A stretch of DNA of 13,451 nt, taken from a virus. Taxonomy: Duplodnaviria > Heunggongvirae > Uroviricota > Caudoviricetes. The notes under the pieces are model-generated. The model was not told where the DNA came from. It saw nothing but the letters and a program-made list of their open reading frames with translations, and searched no databases. Position 1 is the first letter of the stretch. Every line of letters begins with the position of its first letter. The translations under genes and the position numbers were made by a program. Location: IMG/VR virus record IMGVR_UViG_2565956627_000012; one strand, given 5' to 3'. Below, piece after piece: positions 1 through 6,801 of the stretch.

Positions 1-1239
1 ATGAGCAGGGCAATTCATAGACTTAGCGACACTCTTTTACGAAAATTAAGCGGATCACCAACCACAAAAAGCACCTTTTTTAATGATGGTGGCAATCTTA
101 GCGTAAGGCATTCAATCAATGGCCTGTTAACCTGGTATTTCACTTACAGGGCCGGAACTGGTAGGCAGATATCACCGGAACGTCTGAGGCTGGGCAATTA
201 TCCCGATCTGAGCCTGAAAGCTGCCAGGGAAAAAGCGGCACAGTGTCGCGCCTGGCTGGCTGAGGGGAAAAATCCGCGCTATGAACTTAATCATGCTGTA
301 CAGGACGCGTTAGCCCCCGTGACGGTTAAGGAAGCGCTCACTTACTGGCTTGAATCGTACGCAAAGGAAAAGCGCACTGACTACGAATCACTGAAAAGCC
401 GGATCAATAAACACATAATTAGCCAGATTGGCGCTATGCCACTGGAAAAATGCGAGCTACGCCACTGGCTGGCCTGTTTTGACCAGCTTGCTAAGCGTAA
501 TCCGGTATCAGCCGGATTTTTGCTACAGGTATGCAAACAGGCGCTTAAGTACTGCCGAAAACGACGATACGCAATCAGCAACGTTCTTGATGATATGGTC
601 GTAGGTGATGTGGGGAAAAAAGCAGAAATAAGTGAGCGTGTACTGACAAACAAAGAGCTTGGAGAACTACTCCGCGCACTGGATGAAAAAATCTTCCCGC
701 CGTACTACAGCGCCCTAATTCGCCTCCTGATTGTTTTTGGATGCCGTACCACTGAGCTAAGGCGCTCTGAGGTGCAGGAGTGGGATTTTAAGGAAATGCT
801 CTGGACAGTACCGAAGGAGCACAGCAAAACGAAGGTCGCCATATTCAGACCAATACCGGAAAGCATTCTGCCGTTCGTCACGCAGCTGGTGGAGAAGAAC
901 AGGCACACGGGCTTATTGCTTGGAGAACTGAAAGGGCAATCATCCGTAGCAGAGTACGGAAGAACAGCGCACAGACGAATTAATCAAGCCCCCTGGACGT
1001 TACACGATATCCGGCACACATTTACAACCATGCTGAACGATTTAGGCGTGGATCCGCATATTGTCGAGCAGCTTACAGCCCACCAGATGCCAGGGATGCA
1101 ACGCGTCTATAACCACTCCCGTTATCTTGATGCAAAACGTGATGCTCTTAATCTATGGGTAGACCGTCTCGAGCTTCTCCAGAACAATGATGAAAAAGTC
1201 GTTGTTATGACCCCACGAATTTACACCCAAAATTCTTGA
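1..1239 (+). CDS. int: Tyrosine recombinase / site-specific integrase (P4-type)
   Basis: 412-aa ORF starting with ATG at base 1. The C-terminal catalytic region carries the tyrosine-recombinase signature: conserved Arg in 'GCRTTELRRSE', the HxxR box 'LHDIRHTF', and a candidate nucleophile Tyr in 'RVYNHSRYLD'. The N-terminal arm resembles P4-like integrases. Confidence 0.9.
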   Translation: MSRAIHRLSDTLLRKLSGSPTTKSTFFNDGGNLSVRHSINGLLTWYFTYRAGTGRQISPERLRLGNYPDLSLKAAREKAAQCRAWLAEGKNPRYELNHAVQDALAPVTVKEALTYWLESYAKEKRTDYESLKSRINKHIISQIGAMPLEKCELRHWLACFDQLAKRNPVSAGFLLQVCKQALKYCRKRRYAISNVLDDMVVGDVGKKAEISERVLTNKELGELLRALDEKIFPPYYSALIRLLIVFGCRTTELRRSEVQEWDFKEMLWTVPKEHSKTKVAIFRPIPESILPFVTQLVEKNRHTGLLLGELKGQSSVAEYGRTAHRRINQAPWTLHDIRHTFTTMLNDLGVDPHIVEQLTAHQMPGMQRVYNHSRYLDAKRDALNLWVDRLELLQNNDEKVVVMTPRIYTQNS

Positions 1240-1243
1240 CAAA

Positions 1244-1280
1244 TTACGGCTGTTTTTTCTTTAAGAGATTACAGCCGTGA
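1244..1280. promoter_or_regulatory. Inverted repeat ACGGCTGT-N17-ACAGCCGT immediately after the int stop
   Basis: An 8-bp perfect inverted repeat (1246-1253 and 1271-1278) with a T-rich 17-nt spacer. A TTGACA hexamer overlaps the int stop at 1236-1241. No T-run follows, so it is not a classical intrinsic terminator; it may be a protein-binding site or RNA structure. Confidence 0.25.
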
Positions 1281-1648
1281 ATAAAACGCTAAATATCGGT
1301 CAAGTTCGTTAATTTTTTATTTTTCAACCATCGAAAAAATTGAAATGCACCCTACTAAACCCTTATTAGCTATTTCTTGATTGTTCCAATACCTGATGGT
1401 TTATCTGTTTGTTTTTAATGAGATAATTCAAGCGTAATGCCAAATGACGACATTTTTTGTTGCGTCGCTTAAAAACTCGTGACACGATTTTAAACACTAA
1501 CGAGCTTCTACGAACCTTAGCGAACAAAGCCTTTAGCAAGGTTGTGTTTTTAATTTAAGAGGTGAAAAAGAATCTAAGTAATATCCGATCTCATATATCT
1601 ACAGCTAAGAGAAAAGTTTATATACGTAATTTTTATGTAGGTTTTTGT

Positions 1649-1858
1649 ATGCGTGAAATAAATGAAGATCGCGTAATCCGTGAGGATGAATGTCGTAAGT
1701 TAACTGGAGTGTGTCGCACTACACGCTACGAACTGGAGAAAAAAGGATGCTTTCCGTCACGTCTTAATCTGGGCGGTCGTTCTGTTGGTTGGCTGCTGTC
1801 CGAGGTTATGGAATGGGTTAAAAGCCGGGATCGCATTAATTCAGGTAAGGCAGCGTAA
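1649..1858 (+). CDS. alpA: AlpA-family (prophage CP4-57 regulatory protein-like) helix-turn-helix transcriptional regulator
   Basis: 69 aa counted from the internal ATG at 1649, with AGG 8 nt upstream; the longer ORF begins with GTG at 1562. The motif 'LTGVCRTTRYELEKKGCFPSRLNLGGRSVGWLLSEVMEWV' matches the AlpA/MerR-like HTH pattern (GGR-x-VGW...E...W), as recalled from family knowledge. Confidence 0.8.
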   Translation: MREINEDRVIREDECRKLTGVCRTTRYELEKKGCFPSRLNLGGRSVGWLLSEVMEWVKSRDRINSGKAA

Positions 1859-1878
1859 AGGGGGAGTATATGGCACAT

Positions 1879-1908
1879 AAAACAAAGGCGACCGGGGGCG
1901 GTCGCCAA
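1879..1908 (-). terminator. Rho-independent terminator for the leftward operon
   Basis: Perfect hairpin GGCGACCG-GGGG-CGGTCGCC at 1889-1908. Read on the minus strand it is followed by the T-rich tract TTTGTTTTAT (complement of 1879-1888). It lies about 60 nt downstream of the minus-strand stop at 1971 and stops read-through into alpA. Confidence 0.5.
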
Positions 1909-1970
1909 TGGGAAAACACTAAACATAAGCACGGGGATGATAGCCGCTATCAGGCTGGTGGGCAATGCAA

Positions 1971-2144
1971 TCAGTCTGGTTCAGTTCGTTGCCATACCTG
2001 CAATGAGCGCTTTTCCCTGTACTCTTTAAGGAATTGCTCAAGGGCAAAAGCACATGACGCGAATCTTTCTGATTCATGCTCTATCTTTCTGCGCCGTCTT
2101 TTCCGTGCCGGTGATAATGTTTTGGTCAATTCTTTATCGGTCAT
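1971..2144 (-). CDS. Small arginine-rich basic protein (hypothetical; candidate nucleic-acid-binding peptide)
   Basis: 57 aa from the ATG at 2144 (complement), preceded by AGGA with a 7-nt spacer; an alternative ATG lies at 2159. The protein contains the arginine-rich motif 'SPARKRRRRKIEHESER'. It is the second gene of a two-gene minus-strand operon with a downstream terminator. Confidence 0.4.
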   Translation of the reverse strand: MTDKELTKTLSPARKRRRRKIEHESERFASCAFALEQFLKEYREKRSLQVWQRTEPD

Positions 2145-2201
2145 TGTGTTGTCCTGCATAGCAATGCGCCGTAATACCTTACACCACGGCGCTGGTGATG
2201 G

Positions 2202-2381
2202 TTACTCCTGCTCTTTGGCTTTGCGGCGCTGGCGGCGTTTGATCTCGCCTTTTGCGGCAGTAACTAAAAAACCAGCGGTACTTTCGCCAGGTTCTTTAAG
2301 TTGCTCAATATCATCCATTACTTCATGTGGGATTCTGACAGTTGTCATTTGTGATTTTGCGTTCTTTGCACCAGTTGCCAT
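2202..2381 (-). CDS. Ribbon-helix-helix-like small DNA-binding protein (putative repressor/antitoxin-like)
   Basis: 59 aa from the ATG at 2381 (complement), with AGGAG 8 nt upstream. 'TTVRIPHEVMDDIEQL' fits a beta-strand followed by helix A, and 'GESTAGFLVTAAKGEI' fits the G-x-S/T turn plus helix B of the RHH (Arc/CopG/MetJ) fold. The C-terminus is basic. The longer six-frame ORF (to 2549) lacks an RBS and has an atypical N-terminus. Confidence 0.5.
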   Translation of the reverse strand: MATGAKNAKSQMTTVRIPHEVMDDIEQLKEPGESTAGFLVTAAKGEIKRRQRRKAKEQE

Positions 2382-2411
2382 TTCTGGATCTCCTAAAAAT
2401 TGGTGTATGTC

Positions 2412-2496
2412 AGTATACGCAAAAAAAATGATAAAAAAAGGCTTGAAGTGTATTTCACCAGTGAGTAAATTAAAAAGCAAAGGTGAAATACACCTG
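2412..2496. promoter_or_regulatory. Divergent promoter region with paired 12-bp inverted operator-like sites
   Basis: GTGTATTTCACC (2448-2459) and its reverse complement GGTGAAATACAC (2482-2493) are separated by 22 bp; 13 of 15 positions match when extended. A rightward promoter candidate is TTGAAG (2443-2448), 17 bp, TAAATT (2466-2471). A leftward -10 candidate is TATACT (complement of 2412-2417) upstream of the RHH gene. Confidence 0.35.
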
Positions 2497-2574
2497 AAAG
2501 AGCAACGCCCCGCAGTGCTCGCAACACATGCAGGGCGTCTAACCACCAACGATAGAAAGAGTATCGAGGTAGCT

Positions 2575-2778
2575 ATGAGAAATCATACCACACACCCGCA
2601 AGGGCGGGACTCGCACAACCTGAATAAATATATCTGGCGTTTTATCGCCCTGAGCACGGCACAACCGCGCGTGATTACCATTGAGGCCACCAGCGAACAG
2701 GAAGCACGCCAGCAATCCCCGGCTGGCTGCGTGATGGTATTCGCCGCCCGTATTCGTCAGGGGGTGAGTCATGCATAA
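2575..2778 (+). CDS. Hypothetical small protein (67 aa), first gene of the rightward replication operon
   Basis: ATG at 2575 with GAGG 5 nt upstream. Its stop overlaps the next gene's start (ATGCATAA). This is the 3' in-frame part of the long six-frame ORF 1870-2778, whose upstream portion is Cys/Ser-rich and antisense to RBS-supported genes. Confidence 0.4.
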   Translation: MRNHTTHPQGRDSHNLNKYIWRFIALSTAQPRVITIEATSEQEARQQSPAGCVMVFAARIRQGVSHA

Positions 2779-2998
2779 AATACCCTTTGATGTTCTTGTT
2801 CATTCTGAAAACGCATTAATCCGCGCAAAGGAAATGGACGCATTACTACTTAAGTTAATTGATGTGCCGGAAAGTGGCGATGAATCTGATTCAATGATGT
2901 TTTCTGCCGTGCGTACGCTATTAACGCCTGTTATTAATGAATTAAATACAGTGATGGCAATTCACGAGAATAATAAAGCGCAGCACACCGGAGAATAA
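2771..2998 (+). CDS. Hypothetical acidic small protein (75 aa)
   Basis: Start overlaps the upstream stop, indicating translational coupling. Composition is coding-like. No recognisable motif. Confidence 0.5.
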   Translation: MHKIPFDVLVHSENALIRAKEMDALLLKLIDVPESGDESDSMMFSAVRTLLTPVINELNTVMAIHENNKAQHTGE

Positions 2999-3003
2999 AA
3001 AAC

Positions 3004-3303
3004 ATGAAAAATAAAAATTCTGGCGTTACTGCCAGCGGCCCCGCTCGTCCTGAATTTATGAACGGCGATATTTACCGCGATAAATATGGCGGCATGGTAA
3101 CGATTAAAGGCGTGGCAGAACGGCGCATCACCTACCGCCGTGAAGGCTACGAATATGATTGCGTGATGCCTGTTTATCAGTTTCGGCGTGATTTTTCTCT
3201 GGTACAGGCAGCGCCCCGCAGTAAACCAACCAGCAGGGAGAAAGCACGCGCCAATATTCAGGAAATAAAAAAGATGCTTAACGTATTCAGGGGTAAAAAA
3301 TGA
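3004..3303 (+). CDS. Hypothetical protein (99 aa) immediately upstream of, and coupled to, the primase gene
   Basis: ATG at 3004 follows the upstream stop by 5 nt. Its stop overlaps the primase start (ATGA at 3300). Basic C-terminus. Confidence 0.5.
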   Translation: MKNKNSGVTASGPARPEFMNGDIYRDKYGGMVTIKGVAERRITYRREGYEYDCVMPVYQFRRDFSLVQAAPRSKPTSREKARANIQEIKKMLNVFRGKK

Positions 3304-5048
3304 AACTGGCACCGAACGTAAAAAAACAGCCACGCGGAATAAAACACAAAGACACAGAGGTAATTATTTTCGCGGGTAGTGATGCCTGGTCGCACGCGAA
3401 ACAATGGCAGGAGCAGGATGGCCCCGCATCCGGCGATAATGTGCCGCCTGTGTGGCTTGGGCCAAATCAGCTTGCCGAACTTGATGCGCTGAAAATTGTT
3501 CCGGATGGGAAAAAACGCGTAAGGCTGTACCAGGCCGGAGAACTGGATTTAGTGGAGACCAAAAAGATCGGTCAGAAGCTGGCGGCGGCAGATATTCAGG
3601 ATGCGAATTTTTACCCCGAAGGGGTGCACGGACAGAAATGTGAGAACTGGCGGCGCTATCTGAATGCTGAGCGTGAAAATATTGCCGCAGGGATCACCAT
3701 GCCGGAACAGAAAAAATCACAACTTTCACAGATGGCAGACAGTGAACGGGCACAGCTTCTTGCTTCCCGCTTTGATGGTGTCTGCGTCCATGCAGAAAGT
3801 GAAATCGTTCACGTATGGCGTGACGGGGTATGGTGTCCGGTCAGCACAATGGAACTGAGCCGCGAAATGGTGGCGGTTTATTCAGAACACGGGGCCACGT
3901 TCAGCAAGCGTGCAATTAATAACGCCGTTGAAGCGTTAAAAGTTATTGCTCAGCCAATGGGGGAGCCGTCCGGTGATTTGCTGCCGTTTGCCAATGGTGC
4001 GCTTGACCTGAGAACAGGGGAATTTTCCTCTCACCAGCCGGATAACTGGATCACCACACACAACGGCATTGAGTACACGCCGCCAGTACCAGGTGAGAAT
4101 ATCCGCGACAACGCGCCAAACTTTCATAAATGGCTTGATCACGCTGCCGGAAAAGACCCGGGCAAGATGATGCGCATATGTGCCGCGCTATACATGATTA
4201 TGGCGAACCGGTACGACTGGCAGATGTTTATTGAGGCCACCGGAGACGGCGGGAGCGGCAAGAGCACTTTCACGCACATAGCCAGCCTTCTGGCAGGGAA
4301 ACAGAACACCGTAAGCGCTGAGATGACATCACTCGATGATGCTGGTGGGCGTGCGCAGGTTGTCGGAAGTCGGCTTATTGTCCTGGCAGACCAGCCGAAA
4401 TATACAGGCGAAGGCACGGGCATCAAGAAAATCACGGGCGGCGACCCTGTGGAGATTAACCCGAAATATGAAAAGCGATTCACGACCATAATCAGGGCTG
4501 TGGTACTGGCGACCAACAACAACCCGATGATATTCACGGAACGGGCCGGAGGCGTGTCACGTCGTCGCGTGATTTTCCGTTTCGACAATATCGTCAGTGA
4601 GGCCGAAAAAGACAGAGAACTACCGGAAAAAATCGCGGCTGAAATCCCCGTCATTATCCGCCGCTTGCTGGCGAACTTTGCCAATCCTGAAAAGGCACGG
4701 GCTTTACTGATTGAGCAGCGTGACGGTGATGAAGCACTGGCAATAAAGCAACAGACGGATCCGGTTATTGAATTTTGCCAGTTCCTTAACTTTCTGGAAG
4801 AAGCACGCGGCCTGATGATGGGCGGCGGCGGTGACTCTTCCAGGTACACGACCAGAAACAGCCTTTACCGCGTCTATCTGGCGTTTATGGCGTATGTCGG
4901 CAGGAACAAGCCGCTGAACGTGGCTGAGTTCAGCAAAGCTATGAAGCCAGCGGCGAAAGTTTACGGACATGAATATATAACGCGCAGGATTAAAGGGATT
5001 ACGCAAACCAACGTGACAACAACAGACGACTGCGACGCGTTTTTATAA
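3300..5048 (+). CDS. Replication protein: primase / SF3-type helicase (phage-plasmid primase, P4-family-like C-terminal domain)
   Basis: 582 aa. Walker A P-loop 'GDGGSGKST' lies in the central/C-terminal part, and a Walker B-like 'RLIVLADQ' follows. Size and position (after alpA, before an iteron array) match satellite replication-initiator (Pri-Rep) genes. Confidence 0.85.
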   Translation: MKLAPNVKKQPRGIKHKDTEVIIFAGSDAWSHAKQWQEQDGPASGDNVPPVWLGPNQLAELDALKIVPDGKKRVRLYQAGELDLVETKKIGQKLAAADIQDANFYPEGVHGQKCENWRRYLNAERENIAAGITMPEQKKSQLSQMADSERAQLLASRFDGVCVHAESEIVHVWRDGVWCPVSTMELSREMVAVYSEHGATFSKRAINNAVEALKVIAQPMGEPSGDLLPFANGALDLRTGEFSSHQPDNWITTHNGIEYTPPVPGENIRDNAPNFHKWLDHAAGKDPGKMMRICAALYMIMANRYDWQMFIEATGDGGSGKSTFTHIASLLAGKQNTVSAEMTSLDDAGGRAQVVGSRLIVLADQPKYTGEGTGIKKITGGDPVEINPKYEKRFTTIIRAVVLATNNNPMIFTERAGGVSRRRVIFRFDNIVSEAEKDRELPEKIAAEIPVIIRRLLANFANPEKARALLIEQRDGDEALAIKQQTDPVIEFCQFLNFLEEARGLMMGGGGDSSRYTTRNSLYRVYLAFMAYVGRNKPLNVAEFSKAMKPAAKVYGHEYITRRIKGITQTNVTTTDDCDAFL

Positions 5049-5056
5049 TTTTAGAC

Positions 5057-5289
5057 AAAAGCCCTCTACCTCTTCTACCTTAAGAAAATAATTGCATATA
5101 TTTCATATGGATAGTTTTGGTAGATGGCAGGTAGAAGGCACTTAAAAGCCCTCTACACCCTCTACCATAATTCAGGGCATTTGTGAGGGGGTGGTAGATG
5201 ACAGGTAGAGGGCCAAAAAAGCCCTCTACCCCGCTGGAAACCGCGCCATTACTGACCTGAAAGATGATTAGGTAGAGAGGTAGAGGAGG
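5057..5289. repeat. Iteron array / putative origin of replication
   Basis: About 11 copies of the core CCTCTACC / GGTAGAGG in both orientations. Three copies of AAAAGCCCTCTAC(C/A) start at 5057, 5145 and 5217. Two copies of GGTAGATG(G/A)CAGGTAGA(A/G)GG sit at 5119-5138 and 5193-5212. An AT-rich block lies at 5081-5118. The array is directly downstream of the primase/helicase gene. Confidence 0.6.
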
Positions 5290-5334
5290 TGCACCACAAC
5301 CCAAAACTTTTTAAACACGAGGGTAAAAATAAAA

Positions 5335-5592
5335 ATGCACACTACAGAAAAACTTAACAATCAGAAGAAACCACACTACCGCGCTATTGACCTTACAGAG
5401 CACTGGCTGAGAGTGGCGATAAAAATCATCGACCGCAACACGGGGGAAGGATATGCGAAAGCACATCCTGAACTAATAAGCGCATTCATGACCACAGCGG
5501 CGGCAAACTTTGCCACGCTGACAGAACGGGAGATTGCCGAAGCGGAACAGGTAACAACCATCAACGTTAAAACCGGAGAGGTGGAATCATGA
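5335..5592 (+). CDS. Hypothetical protein (85 aa)
   Basis: ATG at 5335 with GAGGG upstream. Its stop overlaps the SSB-like start (ATGA). No recognisable motif. Confidence 0.5.
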   Translation: MHTTEKLNNQKKPHYRAIDLTEHWLRVAIKIIDRNTGEGYAKAHPELISAFMTTAAANFATLTEREIAEAEQVTTINVKTGEVES

Positions 5593-5999
5593 CAGCACAG
5601 ATAGCCGCTTACGGGCGGCTGGTGGCTGACCCGCAGTTAAAGACCACCAGCAAGGGCACACAAATGGCTATGGCAAGCATGGCGGTCCCCCTGCCGTGCA
5701 ATCAGGCAGATGACGGACAGGCGACGATGTGGTTATCCGTCCTGGCGTTTGGCAGACAGGCCGACGCACTGGCAAAACACCACAAAGGCGAGCTGGTGAG
5801 CGTGGCGGGTAACATGCAGGTAAGCCAGTGGACAGGCCAGAACGGCGAAACGCGGCAGGGCTGGCAGGTTATTGCAGACAGCGTAATCAGTGCCAGAACG
5901 GCGCGACCTGGTGGGAGCCGACGCAAGACCACAGGCACACAGGGTAATCAGCCACCAGCGGGAGGCGATGACCCTTACGGTGATGATATTCCGTTCTGA
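5589..5999 (+). CDS. ssb: Single-stranded DNA-binding protein (short SSB-like, OB-fold with acidic C-terminal tip)
   Basis: 136 aa. The N-terminus 'IAAYGRLVADPQLKTT...MAMASMAV' parallels the SSB OB-fold start. A Gly/Pro-rich linker 'RPGGSRRKTTGTQGNQPPAGG' is followed by the hallmark SSB tail 'DDPYGDDIPF' at the extreme C-terminus. Confidence 0.7.
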   Translation: MTAQIAAYGRLVADPQLKTTSKGTQMAMASMAVPLPCNQADDGQATMWLSVLAFGRQADALAKHHKGELVSVAGNMQVSQWTGQNGETRQGWQVIADSVISARTARPGGSRRKTTGTQGNQPPAGGDDPYGDDIPF

Positions 6000-6009
6000 G
6001 AGGGTGACG

Positions 6010-6267
6010 ATGGTACATGACCGCATAGCGGAAGAACTCGAGGCGAAAGGCTTTTACCGGAGAGCGTCGGCGCGATGGGGTGAAGTCATGCTACTGGTGG
6101 AGACAGACAAGGAACGGGAGCACATCACGATGCGACGGCTGGAATGTTGCAGAAAATCGACAAGGCCAGCACTCGGGCCGGACAATTTCAGCGATATTAA
6201 AAAAGCCGCTGATCGTGTTTATGCTGAAATGGGATTAGATAAATTAAAGGGGGAAACATGCCAGTAA
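6010..6267 (+). CDS. Small regulator-like protein, possibly PerC-family transcriptional activator
   Basis: 85 aa from the ATG at 6010, with GAGAGGG upstream. 'IAEELEAKGFYRRASARWGEVM...DKEREHITMRRLEC' resembles, from memory, the conserved core of PerC/Pch-like prophage regulators. Not verified by search. Confidence 0.4.
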   Translation: MVHDRIAEELEAKGFYRRASARWGEVMLLVETDKEREHITMRRLECCRKSTRPALGPDNFSDIKKAADRVYAEMGLDKLKGETCQ

Positions 6268-6518
6268 CCACAGAGGAAATTAAACGACACCGCGAATTAT
6301 TCGGCCTTGAACATCCGGCCCACACGACAACGGAGCGTTATCGCCAGCACCTGGCGGCGGGGGCGATATTCTGGGTTGATCATCATGGTTTTTTACGCAG
6401 CACGCTTTCCGGTGAAATTCTGGCGGCTGGTCCTGAACAGATTGATGCGCTCATCGCATATCTGGAAAAGGTGAAGCCCCGCACAGTGCAATCAGTACCA
6501 CCGGAAGACGTTAATTAA
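6258..6518 (+). CDS. Hypothetical protein (86 aa)
   Basis: ATG at 6258 preceded by a strong RBS AAGGGGG. It overlaps the upstream stop and is followed by a strong intrinsic terminator. Confidence 0.5.
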   Translation: MPVTTEEIKRHRELFGLEHPAHTTTERYRQHLAAGAIFWVDHHGFLRSTLSGEILAAGPEQIDALIAYLEKVKPRTVQSVPPEDVN

Positions 6519-6521
6519 TGG

Positions 6522-6552
6522 CCCAGCCCTGGTTTAACCAGGGCTTTTTTTG
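6522..6552 (+). terminator. Rho-independent terminator closing the replication/early operon
   Basis: Stem AGCCCTGG (6525-6532), loop TTTAA, stem CCAGGGCT (6538-6545), then a run of T at 6546-6551. Confidence 0.65.
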
Positions 6553-6575
6553 TCAGCTTTTGTAAATTATTTGTG

Positions 6576-6595
6576 CGTGGTTGTTCGTGGTTGTT
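6576..6595. repeat. Tandem direct repeat, 2 x CGTGGTTGTT
   Basis: Two perfect adjacent 10-bp copies in the leader upstream of the capsid gene. Confidence 0.3.
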
Positions 6596-6673
6596 CAGCG
6601 GCATGGCTGGCTTATTTTATCAGGCCCGAACCGTGGTTATTCTCGCCACTGTTGCCAGGACGCTGGGACCATT

Positions 6674-6712
6674 TTCCCGCCTGTTAATCTCATCAGCGTT
6701 AACAGGCGGGAA
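6674..6712. promoter_or_regulatory. 14-bp perfect inverted repeat TTCCCGCCTGTTAA-N11-TTAACAGGCGGGAA in the capsid-operon leader
   Basis: Perfect dyad at 6674-6687 and 6699-6712. No T-run follows on either strand, so a terminator is unlikely. It sits about 90 nt upstream of the capsid ATG and is a candidate operator, activator site or RNA structure. Confidence 0.35.
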
Positions 6713-6801
6713 GCCTGCATCGGTGTGCATTTCTTTTTGTTCTCGTACCGTGAGTCTTGCCGCGTCCTGGTGTTTTCCTCTTTGCATCAGGACTTTTTTT
6801 T

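Noticed and set aside
1244-1280. Hairpin after int as an intrinsic terminator
   Set aside because: The 17-nt loop is large and no T-run follows on either strand. It was retained only as a possible regulatory or structural element.
1971-2381. Reading the leftward pair as a classical type II toxin-antitoxin (RHH antitoxin plus toxin)
   Set aside because: The second protein is only 57 aa and is dominated by an arginine-rich motif, with no RelE/ParE-like features. The idea is kept as a low-probability alternative within the regulatory-module finding rather than as a call.
1870-2778. 302-aa + strand ORF spanning the alpA-to-primase interval
   Set aside because: Its first roughly 235 codons are Cys/Ser-rich and low-complexity, and they run antisense to two minus-strand genes that have good RBSs and a terminator. 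Only the 3' 67 codons (from the ATG at 2575, with RBS) were kept as a possible gene.
4139-4849. 236-aa minus-strand ORF inside the primase gene
   Set aside because: It is fully antisense to a motif-bearing primase/helicase CDS. It is Ser/Pro/Arg-rich, as is typical of a shadow frame.
5080-5304. 74-aa minus-strand ORF across the iteron region
   Set aside because: The open frame is generated by the repeated GGTAGAGGGC units. The region is better explained as a non-coding iteron origin.
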